This document shows positions 1 to 9,227 of a stretch of 64,000 bases of DNA, in pieces. The stretch is from a bacterium (GTDB lineage Bacteria > Acidobacteriota > Thermoanaerobaculia > Multivoradales > J023). The notes beneath the pieces were generated by a model. It was given only the letters and a program-made list of their open reading frames with translations. It did no database searches and was not told the DNA's origin. Both the position numbers and the translations under genes were made by a program. The stretch covers positions 4,830 through 68,829 of the forward strand of contig JAAELT010000489.1 of the NCBI GenBank assembly GCA_024226315.1. The letters are read 5' to 3'. How positions within the stretch are numbered: the stretch's first letter is position 1; each line of letters begins with the position of its first letter.

Positions 1-820
1 CGGCTACAACCTGATCTTCACCACCAGCTTCGGCTACATGGACCCGACGATCAACGTCGCCAAGAGCAACCCCGAGGTCACCTTCATGCACTGCTCGGGG
101 TTCAAGACCGCCGACAACGTCGGGACCTATTTCGGCCGCATGTACCAGCCGCGTTACCTGAGCGGCGTCATCGCCGGCAAGATGACCGAGAGCGGCAAGG
201 TCGGCTACGTGGCGGCGCACCCCATTCCCGAGGTGATCCGGGGCATCAACGCCTTCACCCTCGGCGTGCGCTCGGTCAACCCCGAGGCCAAGGTTCACGT
301 GGTGTGGACGCAGACCTGGTACGACCCGGCCAAGGAGCGGGAAGCCGCCGAGAGCCTGCTCGACATCGGCGCCGACGTCATCACCCAGCACCAGGACACG
401 CCGGCGCCGCAGCAGGCGGCCGAGAAGCGCGGCCACTACAGCATCGGCTACAACTCGGACATGACCAGCTTCGCGCCCAAAGCGCACCTGACCGCGCCGG
501 TCTGGGATTGGTCGGTGGTCTACAAGAAGGTCGCCGAGGAGGTCCGTGACGGCACCTGGTCCTCGGGTCAGTACTGGGGCGGCCTGGAAGACGGGGTGGT
601 GGGGCTCGCGCCCTACAGCGACCTGGTGCCGCAGGAAGTGCGGGACCTGGTGGAGGCCAAGAAAGCAGAGATCGTTTCCGGCTCGTGGGACGTCTTCACC
701 GGTCCGATCAACGACCAGGCCGGAGCGGCGATGGTGGCGGACGGCGAGAGCATGTCCGATGAAGACATGCTGGGGATGACCGCCTTCGTCGAAGGGGTCG
801 TGGGCAACGTCCCGGGCTGA
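1..820 (+). CDS. BMP-family (Bmp/PnrA-like) ABC transporter substrate-binding protein, 5' end outside window
   Basis: Reading frame is open from base 2 to the first listed Met at 38, so the gene starts upstream of the window. Translation (…GYVAAHPIPEVIRGINAFTLG…WTQTWYDPAKE…) is typical of basic-membrane-protein nucleoside-binding SBPs. It is followed by the cognate 2-domain ATPase and two permeases. Confidence 0.8.
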   Translation, partial: GYNLIFTTSFGYMDPTINVAKSNPEVTFMHCSGFKTADNVGTYFGRMYQPRYLSGVIAGKMTESGKVGYVAAHPIPEVIRGINAFTLGVRSVNPEAKVHVVWTQTWYDPAKEREAAESLLDIGADVITQHQDTPAPQQAAEKRGHYSIGYNSDMTSFAPKAHLTAPVWDWSVVYKKVAEEVRDGTWSSGQYWGGLEDGVVGLAPYSDLVPQEVRDLVEAKKAEIVSGSWDVFTGPINDQAGAAMVADGESMSDEDMLGMTAFVEGVVGNVPG

Positions 821-837
821 GCGCGCGCTACATGAAC

Positions 838-885
838 GCGGTGAATCCCCCCTCGATCCCCCCTTTTCCAAAGGGGGGAGGCTGT
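838..885 (+). promoter_or_regulatory. conserved C-run/G-run hairpin that includes the Shine-Dalgarno of the ABC ATPase gene (copy 1 of 2)
   Basis: gaatcccccctcgatccccccttttccaaaggggggaggctg. CCCCCC and GGGGGG arms can pair across a ttttccaaa loop. The G-run is the Shine-Dalgarno for the GTG at 888. A near-identical element is at 54428-54475. Confidence 0.45.
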
Positions 886-887
886 AA

Positions 888-2414
888 GTGACCAAGGCAC
901 GGGTCGCGGTATCCATGGAAGGGATCGTCAAACGATTCCCCGGGGTGATCGCCAACGACCGTGTGGATCTCGAGCTGCTCGAGGGCGAGATCCACACCCT
1001 CCTGGGCGAGAACGGTGCCGGCAAGAGTACCTTGATGAACGTCCTGACCGGCATCTATCGCGCCGACGAAGGGACGCTCGCCGTCCGCGGCACGCCGGTT
1101 CAGCTGCGTACGCCGAAGGACGCCATCGACCTCGGCATCGGCATGGTCCATCAGAGCTTCAAGCTGGTGCAGACGCACACCGTGACCGAGAATATCGTCC
1201 TCGGCCTCGGCCGGGGGCTTGCCCCCGTCAAGCTGAGTGAGGCCGAAGAGAAGGTGAGGGAGCTTTCCGAGCGTTACGGCCTCCAGGTCGACCCGGGTGC
1301 GCGCATCTGGCAGCTCTCGATCGGCGAGCAGCAGCGGGTCGAGATCCTCAAGATCCTCTTCCGCGGCGCCCGCATCCTGCTGCTCGACGAGCCGACGGCG
1401 GTCCTAACCCCCCAGGAGGCCGACGAGCTCTTCGTCACCCTCAAAGCGATGCGGGCGAAGGGTCATGCGATCGTCTTCATCTCCCACAAGCTCGACGAGG
1501 TGATGGCGATCTCCGACCGCATCACCGTCCTGAGGGGGGGCAAGAACGTCGGCACCGTCCGGACACGGGACACCGATCCCCAGGATCTGTCGAACCTGAT
1601 GGTCGGCCGCGAGATCCGGTTCGAGAGGTTCCCCGGGGAAGAGGTCCGGGGTGACGAGATCCTGGAGGTGGTCGAGCTGAGCGCCTCGAACGATCGGGGT
1701 CTCGAAGCCCTGAAAGAGATCTCGTTCACCGTGTCGGCCGGCGAGATCCTGGGCTTCGCGGGGGTCGCGGGCAACGGGCAAGAGGAGCTGGCGGAAGTCA
1801 TCACTGGATTGCGGACACCGACCGACGGCTCCATCCGGCTGAAAGGGCGCGACATGACCGGCGCCAGCCCGAAGCAGGTGATCGACGCCGGGGTCAGCTA
1901 CGTGCCGGCGGACCGGCATGGAGTGGCCACCGTCGGCGATCTGTCGCTGACTCACAACAGCGTGCTCAGGCGGTATCGGGAGAAGAAGTTCGCCAGGGGG
2001 CCCTTCCTGCACCTGGCCGCCGCCGTGGACTATGCCCGGCGCCTGATCAAGGAGTTCAACATCATGACCCCGGGGGAGGGCACGGCGGTCCGAACGCTCT
2101 CCGGCGGCAATCTGCAGAAGGTCATCCTGGCTCGCGAGATCACCACGCACCACGAGCTCCTGGTGGTGATGTCGGCGACCCGCGGGCTCGACGTCGGCGC
2201 CACCGAGTACGTGCGCGAGACCCTCGACGAGCACCGGAAGAAAGGCGCCGCCATCGTCCTGATATCCGAAGACCTGGAAGAGCTCCTGTCGCTCTCCGAC
2301 CGTATCGCCGTGCTCTTCCACGGCGAGGTGATGGGGATCCTCGACGCCGAAGGAGCGGACATCGAGACCCTGGGGCTGATGATGGCCGGCCGCAAGCTGG
2401 CGGAGGCGAGTTGA
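888..2414 (+). CDS. ABC transporter ATP-binding protein, duplicated ATPase domains (BMP/nucleoside-type importer)
   Basis: GTG start preceded by a GGGGGGAGG Shine-Dalgarno. First Walker A is GENGAGKST. A second ABC signature (LSGGNLQKV) sits in the C-terminal half. Length 508 aa, typical of the fused ATPase of BMP-family importers. Confidence 0.9.
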   Translation: MTKARVAVSMEGIVKRFPGVIANDRVDLELLEGEIHTLLGENGAGKSTLMNVLTGIYRADEGTLAVRGTPVQLRTPKDAIDLGIGMVHQSFKLVQTHTVTENIVLGLGRGLAPVKLSEAEEKVRELSERYGLQVDPGARIWQLSIGEQQRVEILKILFRGARILLLDEPTAVLTPQEADELFVTLKAMRAKGHAIVFISHKLDEVMAISDRITVLRGGKNVGTVRTRDTDPQDLSNLMVGREIRFERFPGEEVRGDEILEVVELSASNDRGLEALKEISFTVSAGEILGFAGVAGNGQEELAEVITGLRTPTDGSIRLKGRDMTGASPKQVIDAGVSYVPADRHGVATVGDLSLTHNSVLRRYREKKFARGPFLHLAAAVDYARRLIKEFNIMTPGEGTAVRTLSGGNLQKVILAREITTHHELLVVMSATRGLDVGATEYVRETLDEHRKKGAAIVLISEDLEELLSLSDRIAVLFHGEVMGILDAEGADIETLGLMMAGRKLAEAS

Positions 2415-3556
2415 TGCCGATGCGCCTGGAGCTGCGGCTCGAGAGGTCGCGCAAGCTGGAGTACCTGGTGCCGGTGGTGTCGGTGGCGCTCGCCCTCCTC
2501 GTCTGCGGCGTGCTCCTGCTGGCGACGGGAACCAACCCCGTCTCGGCCTACGCCGAGATGTTCACCGAGGCGTTCGGCACCTCCTACGGCTTCGCGGAAG
2601 TGCTGGTGAAGGCGACGCCGCTGATCCTCTGTGGGCTCGGCGTCATGCTGGCGTTCAAGATGCTGTTCTGGAACATCGGTGCCGAGGGTCAGCTGCACAT
2701 GGGCGCCTGGGCGGCGACCGCGGTGGTGATGACCGGCTGGGACGGATCGGCGTGGCTGATGATCCCGGCGATGATGTTCGCGGCGGCCGTGGGCGGGGGG
2801 TTGTGGGCCCTGATCCCGGCCTATCTCAAGGTCAAGCTCAACTGCAACGAGATCATCACTACGCTGCTCATGAACTACGTCGCCATCCTCTGGGTGGCCC
2901 ATTTCATCTACGGCCCGTGGAAGGATCCGGTGAGCTTCGGCTTTCCCATGACCCGGCAGTTCCCGGACGGCGCGCAGCTCATGCGGTTCGGCGACTCGCG
3001 GGTACACCTGGGCCTGCTGTTCGCTCTGGTGGCCGCGATCGTGCTCTACCTGGTCCAGGAGAAGAGCCGGTGGGGATTCGAGATCGGGGTGACCGGCGGC
3101 AATCCCGCCGCCGCCAGGTACGCGGGCATGAACGCCGGACGCAACATGATCCTGGTGATGCTGATGTCAGGCGGCCTGGCCGGCCTGGCCGGCATGGCCG
3201 AGGTCAGCGGCATCCAGCTCAAGCTGCTCAAGGACATCTCCCCCCATGCCGCGCCGTACGGCTATACGGCCATCATCATCGCCTGGTTGGCGCGGCGCAA
3301 CCCCTGGGGGGTGGTGTTGGTGTCGCTGCTCATGGGCGGTTTGTACGTCGGCGGGGAGACGGTGCAGATCACCATGAAGCTGCCGGTCAACATCGTGCTG
3401 ATCATCCAGGCTCTGATCCTGTTTTTCGTGCTCGGGGGCGACATCCTCTCCAGATACCGGCTGGTCTACCGGCGCGGTGTGTCCCATTCGCCCCCCTCCG
3501 GGGGGACGCCATCTGCCCCCCCGCGGGGTGACGGGGAGGTGCTCGGTGGAGGGTGA
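2411..3556 (+). CDS. ABC transporter permease (BMP-family importer, first permease)
   Basis: Start overlaps the ATPase stop (ATGA-type coupling at 2411-2414). Highly hydrophobic polytopic protein with the branched-chain/sugar-type permease pattern. The last ~25 codons overlap the next gene. Confidence 0.8.
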   Translation: MMPMRLELRLERSRKLEYLVPVVSVALALLVCGVLLLATGTNPVSAYAEMFTEAFGTSYGFAEVLVKATPLILCGLGVMLAFKMLFWNIGAEGQLHMGAWAATAVVMTGWDGSAWLMIPAMMFAAAVGGGLWALIPAYLKVKLNCNEIITTLLMNYVAILWVAHFIYGPWKDPVSFGFPMTRQFPDGAQLMRFGDSRVHLGLLFALVAAIVLYLVQEKSRWGFEIGVTGGNPAAARYAGMNAGRNMILVMLMSGGLAGLAGMAEVSGIQLKLLKDISPHAAPYGYTAIIIAWLARRNPWGVVLVSLLMGGLYVGGETVQITMKLPVNIVLIIQALILFFVLGGDILSRYRLVYRRGVSHSPPSGGTPSAPPRGDGEVLGGG

Positions 3557-4484
3557 CCTCGGGATCCTCGTGGTGTCCATCCTGCAGGCGGCGGTGCGTT
3601 CGGGCACGCCGATCCTCTTCGTGTGCATCGGAGAGATCTACGCCGAGCGCTCGGGTGTGCTGAACGTCGGGCTCGAAGGACTGATGCTGGTCGGCGCCAT
3701 CGCCGGATTCTTCGCCAGCTTTACCAGCGACAACCCGGTGGTGGGCGTGCTGGCGGCGGCGGCGGCGGGGGCCGTGTTTTCGCTCATCCATGCCTTCGCG
3801 ACCATCACGCTGCGAGCCGACCAGATCGTCAGCGGTCTCACCCTGACGATCCTGGGAACCGGCATCAGCGGCTTCTTCGGCAAGTCGATGATCGGCCAGG
3901 TGGGCCCCGGGTTCGAGAAGCTCGAGATCCCGGTTCTGGCCCAGATCCCGGTGCTCGGCAAGGTGCTCTTTCAACAAGACGCCATGGTCTACTTGTCCTA
4001 CCTGATGATTCCCGCGGCCTGGTGGGTGATGTACAAGACTCACCTCGGCCTCGCCATCCGTTCGGTGGGCGAGAGCCCGGCGACGGCCGATTCCCTGGGC
4101 GTGTCGGTGGCGAAGATTCGCTATGGGTGTGTGCTCTTCGGCGGCGCCATGGCGGGCATCGGCGGCGCCTATCTGTCGCTGGCGTACACCACCATGTGGA
4201 TCGAGCAGATGAGTGGCGGGCGCGGGTGGATCACCCTGGCGCTGGTGATCTTCGCCGCCTGGAACCCGGCGCGGGCGGTGCTCGGTGCCTACCTGTTCGG
4301 TGGCGCCGACGCGCTGCAGCTGCGTATCCAGGCCGTCGGGTTGGACGTTCCGACCTACTTCCTCATGATGCTGCCTTACGTCCTGACCATCACCATCCTG
4401 GTGCTGGCGTCCCGGGCGTCGCTCAAGCGCCGCATCGGCGCTCCCGCGGCGCTGGGTTTTCCCTACTCACGCGAAGAACGTTGA
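3546..4484 (+). CDS. ABC transporter permease (second permease)
   Basis: Hydrophobic polytopic ORF. The listed Met at 3477 overlaps the previous permease. A GTG at ~3546 (VEGDLGILVVSIL…) is the more plausible start. Confidence 0.75.
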   Translation: MEGDLGILVVSILQAAVRSGTPILFVCIGEIYAERSGVLNVGLEGLMLVGAIAGFFASFTSDNPVVGVLAAAAAGAVFSLIHAFATITLRADQIVSGLTLTILGTGISGFFGKSMIGQVGPGFEKLEIPVLAQIPVLGKVLFQQDAMVYLSYLMIPAAWWVMYKTHLGLAIRSVGESPATADSLGVSVAKIRYGCVLFGGAMAGIGGAYLSLAYTTMWIEQMSGGRGWITLALVIFAAWNPARAVLGAYLFGGADALQLRIQAVGLDVPTYFLMMLPYVLTITILVLASRASLKRRIGAPAALGFPYSREER

Positions 4485-4524
4485 CCTCAGTCAGAAACTT
4501 GCGACACATACGGAGGATTCGAGA

Positions 4525-5295
4525 ATGAACAGACGGTTTCGGCGCGCACTCTTTACTTTCCTGGCTCTGGCGTTGATCGGCCTGCCCGCTCAGGCGGCGA
4601 TCTGGAGCAACACCGAGCTCCACATTCAATTCGGCACCCTCGATACTCCGACCTTCGCCGGCGGCGGCGAGAAAGACACCAAGATCTTCACGTTTCAGCA
4701 CGCCAGCGGCTGGAAGTACGGTGACAATTTCTTCTTCTTCGACGTCATCGACGCCGATGGCAGCGGATTCAACGACCTCGAAATCTACGGCGAGTGGTAC
4801 CCCTACTTCAGCCTCGGCAAGATGAGTGGAAAGAAGGTCGGCGGTGGCAAGATCAAGGACATTCGTGTCATCACCGGGCTCAATTACTCCGCGGACGCCA
4901 ACGTGCTCAAGTACCTGCCCGGGATCGGCCTGTCGATGGATTTCAAGGGCTTTGCTTTCTTCAACATCGACATCACCGCCTATATCGACGCCAGCGATGG
5001 TGTCTCCAGCGGCGGCGCTCCGGCGGAGGACGACAGCTTCATGATCGACCTCAACTGGGCTCGTCCGTTCAAGGAAGGCAAGTTCTCGATCGAGGGACAC
5101 ATCGAGTACATCGGCGAGCGCACCAACGAGTTCGGAGGTGAGGTCAGCGAGTGGGTCCTGGCGCAGCCGCAGTTCCGGTTCTACCCGATGGAGAACCTGG
5201 CGATCGGCATCGAGTATCAGTACTGGATGAACAAGCTGGGTGACTCCGAGACCGACGAGAGCGCCGTCCAGGCACTCTTGGTGTGGAAATTCTAG
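4525..5295 (+). CDS. outer-membrane beta-barrel channel, Tsx/OmpK-like (putative nucleoside-specific porin)
   Basis: N-terminal signal peptide (MNRRFRRALFTFLALALIGLPAQA). Alternating amphipathic beta-strand pattern, Gly/aromatic rich, C-terminal residue Phe (…LLVWKF), a beta-barrel signature. Sits immediately after a nucleoside-type ABC importer. Family assignment is from pattern only. Confidence 0.5.
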   Translation: MNRRFRRALFTFLALALIGLPAQAAIWSNTELHIQFGTLDTPTFAGGGEKDTKIFTFQHASGWKYGDNFFFFDVIDADGSGFNDLEIYGEWYPYFSLGKMSGKKVGGGKIKDIRVITGLNYSADANVLKYLPGIGLSMDFKGFAFFNIDITAYIDASDGVSSGGAPAEDDSFMIDLNWARPFKEGKFSIEGHIEYIGERTNEFGGEVSEWVLAQPQFRFYPMENLAIGIEYQYWMNKLGDSETDESAVQALLVWKF

Positions 5296-5305
5296 CGCCG
5301 GCCCT

Positions 5306-6637
5306 TCAGTCGAGGAATCGCTTCGCCTGGCGGCGGTGGTCGCGAGCGATCTGATCCTCGTCGGCGCGCACCAGTCGCCCATCCCGCACCACCTCGTCGC
5401 CGCCCACGTAGAGGCGGTCGACGCGGTGCGGGGCGGAGAGCACCAGGCCGGCCACCGGGTCGGCGGCGCCGGCGAGCTCCAGGCCGTCGGTGCGCCAGAC
5501 CGCGAGGTCGGCGCACTTGCCGGGCTCGATCGAGCCGAGGTCGTCGCGGCCCAGGACCTCCGCGCCGCCGCGGGTGGCGAGCCGCAGCGCTTGGCGCGCG
5601 GTCATCGCCCCGGCGCCTCCCAGGCCGCGCGCGACGAGCAACGCCTGCTTGACCTCAAAGCTCAGGTCGCCGCGCTCGTTCGACGCCGAGCCGTCGACGC
5701 CGAGCCCCACCCGCACACCGGCGTCCAGCATCTCGCGCACCGGCGCCACGCCAGCCCCGAGCCTGAGGTTCGAAGTCGGGCAGTGGGCGACGCCGGTTCC
5801 CGCCGCGGCGAACCTCCGGAGGTCGTCGCCTGTAAGGTGGACGCAGTGGGCGCACCAGACGTCTCCGGCCAGCCAGCCGAGATCGGCGAGGTACTCCACC
5901 GGGCGGCAGCCGTGGGCGTCGCGGCAGTAAGCTTCTTCCTCGATCGTTTCCGCGAGGTGGGTGTGGAGGCGAAGGCCGAGCCGGCGCGCCAGCTCCGCCG
6001 AGTCGGTCATCAGCTGTTTCGAGGTCGAAAACGGCGAGCACGGCGCGACGGCGATCTGGATCTGGGCGCCCGGTCCGTGTTCGTGCAGCGATGCCAGGCG
6101 CTCGGTCTCCGCCAGTACCGTCGCCACCGGCTCGACCACATCGTCGGGCGGCAGGCCCCCATCGGAAACGCCGAGGTCCATCGAGCCGCGGGCCGCGATC
6201 AGGCGCACCCCGAGCTCGCGCGCTGCCCGGACCTCGGCTTCCACCAGGCCCGCTCTGCCGGCGGGAAATACATAGTGGTGATCGAAGACCGTGGCACAGC
6301 CGGAGAGCGCCAGCTCGGCGAGCCCGGTGCGCGCCGCCGCGTATTGTGCCGTCGCGTCCAATCGGCCCCAGACCGGGTAGAGCTCTCGGAGCCAGGTGAA
6401 GAGATCGGCCTCCTGAGCCCTCGCTCGAGTCAGGGTCTGGTAGAGGTGGTGGTGGGTGTTGATCAGGGCCGGCGTGACCAGGCGTCCACTGAGCGAGATG
6501 GTCTCGTCGGCCTCGGGAGCGTCGCCTGCCCCGACCGCCTCGACGAACCCGTCCGAGATCGCGATCCAGCCGTCCTCGAGCTCCCGGCCCTCGTCGTCCA
6601 TGGTGACGACGTGAGCATCGCGGATGATCACTCTCAT
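5306..6637 (-). CDS. amidohydrolase-superfamily deaminase (guanine / 8-oxoguanine / cytosine deaminase-like)
   Basis: Start MRVIIRDAHVVTMDD… chosen because it overlaps the upstream SDR stop by 4 nt. Metal-binding HxH motif in context LVTPALINTHHHLYQTL. Overall ~440-aa amidohydrolase layout. The listed ORF extends further 5' but that part overlaps the SDR gene. Confidence 0.75.
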   Translation of the reverse strand: MRVIIRDAHVVTMDDEGRELEDGWIAISDGFVEAVGAGDAPEADETISLSGRLVTPALINTHHHLYQTLTRARAQEADLFTWLRELYPVWGRLDATAQYAAARTGLAELALSGCATVFDHHYVFPAGRAGLVEAEVRAARELGVRLIAARGSMDLGVSDGGLPPDDVVEPVATVLAETERLASLHEHGPGAQIQIAVAPCSPFSTSKQLMTDSAELARRLGLRLHTHLAETIEEEAYCRDAHGCRPVEYLADLGWLAGDVWCAHCVHLTGDDLRRFAAAGTGVAHCPTSNLRLGAGVAPVREMLDAGVRVGLGVDGSASNERGDLSFEVKQALLVARGLGGAGAMTARQALRLATRGGAEVLGRDDLGSIEPGKCADLAVWRTDGLELAGAADPVAGLVLSAPHRVDRLYVGGDEVVRDGRLVRADEDQIARDHRRQAKRFLD

Positions 6638-7530
6638 GCGGAGAGGAAGCGCACTCCGGTGACCTCTTCCCCGACCTGCCACAATCGTGTCGCCGTGCGC
6701 TTGTCCCGCGCCCGCCGCACCACCTTCGCGGGCGCCGGGTAGCCCTTGGCCTCGTAAATGCCCTTCGGTCCGTAGTAGCCGCCGGGATCTGCCTCCGGCG
6801 CGGTGGCGGCGTAGAGGGTCGGCAGGGCGCCCACCGCCGGGGTGTTGCTCCACAGGCCGACGCCGATGCGGAAGACGCTGTTGTGCCGCTGCAGGTCGGT
6901 GGCGGTGAAGCCGGGATGGGCGGCGGTCGAGAGCACGTCGGCGCCGGTGCGCTCGAGCCGGCGCTGGAGCTCGATGGCGAAGATCAGGTTGGCGAGCTTG
7001 CTCTGGCAGTACTCGCGCCAGGGCTTGTAGGGTTTCTCGCCGCGGAAGTTGTCGAAGTCGATCTTGCCGGTGCGGTGCGCCAGGCTGCTGACCGTGGTGA
7101 CGCGCGAGCCCGGTGATGCCGTGAGCGTGTCGATCAAGAGGCCGGTCAAAGCGAAGTGCCCGAAGTAGTTGACGCCGATCTGCATCTCGAGCCCTTCCCG
7201 CGTCTTCGACTCCGGCGGCACCATGACGCCGGCGTTGTTGACCAGCAGGTCGAGGCGGTCGTTGCCGTCCAGGAAGGCGGCGGCGCAGGCGCGTACCGAC
7301 TCGAGGCTCGCCAGGTCGAGGGAGATGAGGTCGACGTCGGCGTCCGGCATCTCGCTCCGGATCCGGTCGACGGCGTCCGTTCCCTTGGTTTCGTTACGGC
7401 AGGCCAGGAAGACGCGGGCGCCCTTCCTGGCCAGCGCACGGGCGGTTTCGAAGCCGATGCCGGAATTGGCGCCGGTGACCAGCGCCACACGGCCCTTCTG
7501 CTCGGGCATGTGGGACACGTTCCATTTCAT
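6634..7530 (-). CDS. short-chain dehydrogenase/reductase (retinol-dehydrogenase/WWOX-like SDR)
   Basis: Start MKWNVSHMPEQKGRVALVTGANSGIGFETA (TGxxxGxG Rossmann motif). NNAG motif. YxxxK present (YCQSKLANL). The N-terminal 52 codons of the listed ORF lie in the repeat-containing intergenic region and are unlikely to be coding. Confidence 0.85.
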   Translation of the reverse strand: MKWNVSHMPEQKGRVALVTGANSGIGFETARALARKGARVFLACRNETKGTDAVDRIRSEMPDADVDLISLDLASLESVRACAAAFLDGNDRLDLLVNNAGVMVPPESKTREGLEMQIGVNYFGHFALTGLLIDTLTASPGSRVTTVSSLAHRTGKIDFDNFRGEKPYKPWREYCQSKLANLIFAIELQRRLERTGADVLSTAAHPGFTATDLQRHNSVFRIGVGLWSNTPAVGALPTLYAATAPEADPGGYYGPKGIYEAKGYPAPAKVVRRARDKRTATRLWQVGEEVTGVRFLSA

Positions 7531-7566
7531 TGTCGGATCTCCTCGACCCAGGTTATAGCACGCGGA

Positions 7567-7660
7567 GCATGAACACGAGGTTTTCCAGGGCTCACTCGTG
7601 CATAAACACGAGGGTGTTTGGGCTCCACTTGTGCATAAACACGAGGGTGTTTGATACGCT
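7567..7660. promoter_or_regulatory. divergent-promoter region with ~2.5 tandem copies of a ~35-bp unit carrying an AAACAC-N4-GTGTTT dyad
   Basis: Direct repeats gtgcataaacacgagggtgtttg (x2) plus a degenerate third copy (catgaacacgagg). Each full copy contains the inverted repeat AAACAC GAGG GTGTTT. Located between the divergent SDR/deaminase operon and the AAA ATPase gene. Confidence 0.45.
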
Positions 7661-9021
7661 CTCTGTGTATGTATCTGCCGAGACACATCGATCGGGTCCT
7701 ACGCGATTGGAGCCGGAGCAACGACCGCAAGCCGCTGATTCTGCGAGGCGCGCGCCAGACCGGAAAGTCTTCTTCGGTCCGCCAGCTGGCGTCGCACTTC
7801 GACTTGTTTCTGGAGCTGAACCTCGAGCGTCACCGTGACCTCAGCCTGGTCCGATCCTGCAATTCCGCCGACGAGCTGCTGACCGCGCTGGCGGCGCGGC
7901 ACAACGTCGAGCGGTTTCCGGCTCGTACCCTGCTCTTTCTCGACGAGATTCAGGAAAGCCCGGAAGCCGTTCGATGGCTCCGTTTCTTTCGCGAGGATCA
8001 TCCCGAGGTCTTCGTGGTGGCCGCCGGCTCCCTGATGGAGGTTCGGCTCCAGGAGCGGGGCTTTTCGTTTCCGGTGGGTCGCGTGACCTTCAGGATGCTG
8101 CGGCCTTTCAGCTTCTTCGAGTTCCTGGAGGGTTCGGGGCGCGAAGTCCTGGCGGAGAAGCTGCTGGCGGCGGTTCGCAGCGGCGAGCCGCCGGAGCCTC
8201 CTCTGCATGATCAAGCCGTGGGCCTGCTTCGGGACTATCTGTTCGTGGGGGGCATGCCCGAAGCGGTCACACGCTGGCTCGACGATCGCAATCCCGTGAC
8301 GGTGGGTGCCGTCCACGCCGATCTGGTAGGGGCCCTGGCCGAAGATCTTCAAAAATACCGCGGAGCGAAGGATCTCGCTTATCTCGAAGCAGCCTTCGAC
8401 AATCTCCGGCACCACTACGGCTTGCGTTTCAAGTACGAGAACTTCGCGCCCGGATACCGCTCTCAGCTGATGAAGACGGCGCTCGGCAAGCTGGAGGCAG
8501 CGATGCTCGTCACACGGGCCTGGCCGACCAGCTCGCTGCGCTACCCCTTGCGCGTCCGTCCGAGATCGGCTTCCAAGCTCTTGCCCCTCGACGTCGGCTT
8601 GGCACTCCACACCATGGGGCTGGGGCCGGAAACGTCACGTTCTCTGCCCATCGACCGGCTGCTCGACGGCCGGGCGGCGGAGATCTTCGTGGGTCAGCAG
8701 CTTCTGGCGGCCAAGCGCCGGTCGGGCGATCTCCATTTCTGGGTCAGCGAGTCCTCGCGCGGCAACGCAGAAGTCGACTTTCTGCTCGAGGGTGCGGAGG
8801 CCCCGTTGCCGATCGAAGTCAAGTCGGGGGCCTCCGGCTCCCTCAAGTCGCTGCATCAATTCCTGTGGCGCTCCGGGCTCGAGCTCGGCGTGCGCTGTCA
8901 CACCGGGCCTTTCGCAGACCAGAATCTCGAGGTCAAGATGCCGGATCGGAGTCTCCGGTACCGCTTGTTCTCCGTGCCGTTGTACCTGGCGGAGAAGATT
9001 CTGGCGTTGCCGTTGGGGTGA
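7651..9021 (+). CDS. AAA-family ATPase of the DUF4143/COG1373 type
   Basis: Walker A in context LILRGARQTGKSS. Walker B-like LLFLDEIQ. C-terminal DUF4143-like region. An alternative start is at 7669 (MYLPRHI…). Confidence 0.75.
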   Translation: MIRSLCMYLPRHIDRVLRDWSRSNDRKPLILRGARQTGKSSSVRQLASHFDLFLELNLERHRDLSLVRSCNSADELLTALAARHNVERFPARTLLFLDEIQESPEAVRWLRFFREDHPEVFVVAAGSLMEVRLQERGFSFPVGRVTFRMLRPFSFFEFLEGSGREVLAEKLLAAVRSGEPPEPPLHDQAVGLLRDYLFVGGMPEAVTRWLDDRNPVTVGAVHADLVGALAEDLQKYRGAKDLAYLEAAFDNLRHHYGLRFKYENFAPGYRSQLMKTALGKLEAAMLVTRAWPTSSLRYPLRVRPRSASKLLPLDVGLALHTMGLGPETSRSLPIDRLLDGRAAEIFVGQQLLAAKRRSGDLHFWVSESSRGNAEVDFLLEGAEAPLPIEVKSGASGSLKSLHQFLWRSGLELGVRCHTGPFADQNLEVKMPDRSLRYRLFSVPLYLAEKILALPLG

Positions 9022-9046
9022 GGGCCGGGTCGGCTCTCCCGCTCAC

Positions 9047-9082
9047 GCCCACAGCGTGGGCATTTGCCCACAGCGTGGGCAT
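9047..9082. promoter_or_regulatory. two tandem dyad-symmetric sites GCCCAC-AGC-GTGGGC (candidate EBP upstream activating sequences)
   Basis: gcccacagcgtgggcat ttg cccacagcgtgggcat. Each copy has 6-bp inverted arms. Lies ~150-185 bp upstream of the candidate -24/-12 promoter at 9228-9241. Confidence 0.4.
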
Positions 9083-9139
9083 GGCTGAGAGCGCGGTCGA
9101 CGGCGGAAGGTCGCATCGAAGCGAGCGGGAATTCTGCTG

Positions 9140-9164
9140 AAGAAACTCAGAAAGCTTTTGTTTC
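9140..9164. promoter_or_regulatory. inverted repeat AGAAAC-N13-GTTTCT with nested AAAGCTTT palindrome
   Basis: Seen directly. Centred ~77 bp upstream of the GG of the candidate -24 element. Confidence 0.35.
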
Positions 9165-9227
9165 TGGGAGTTTCCGCTCGTTCTGAAGGGCCGCGAGATC
9201 ATGCGTGATCTGCGGGCTTCGTGAGCC

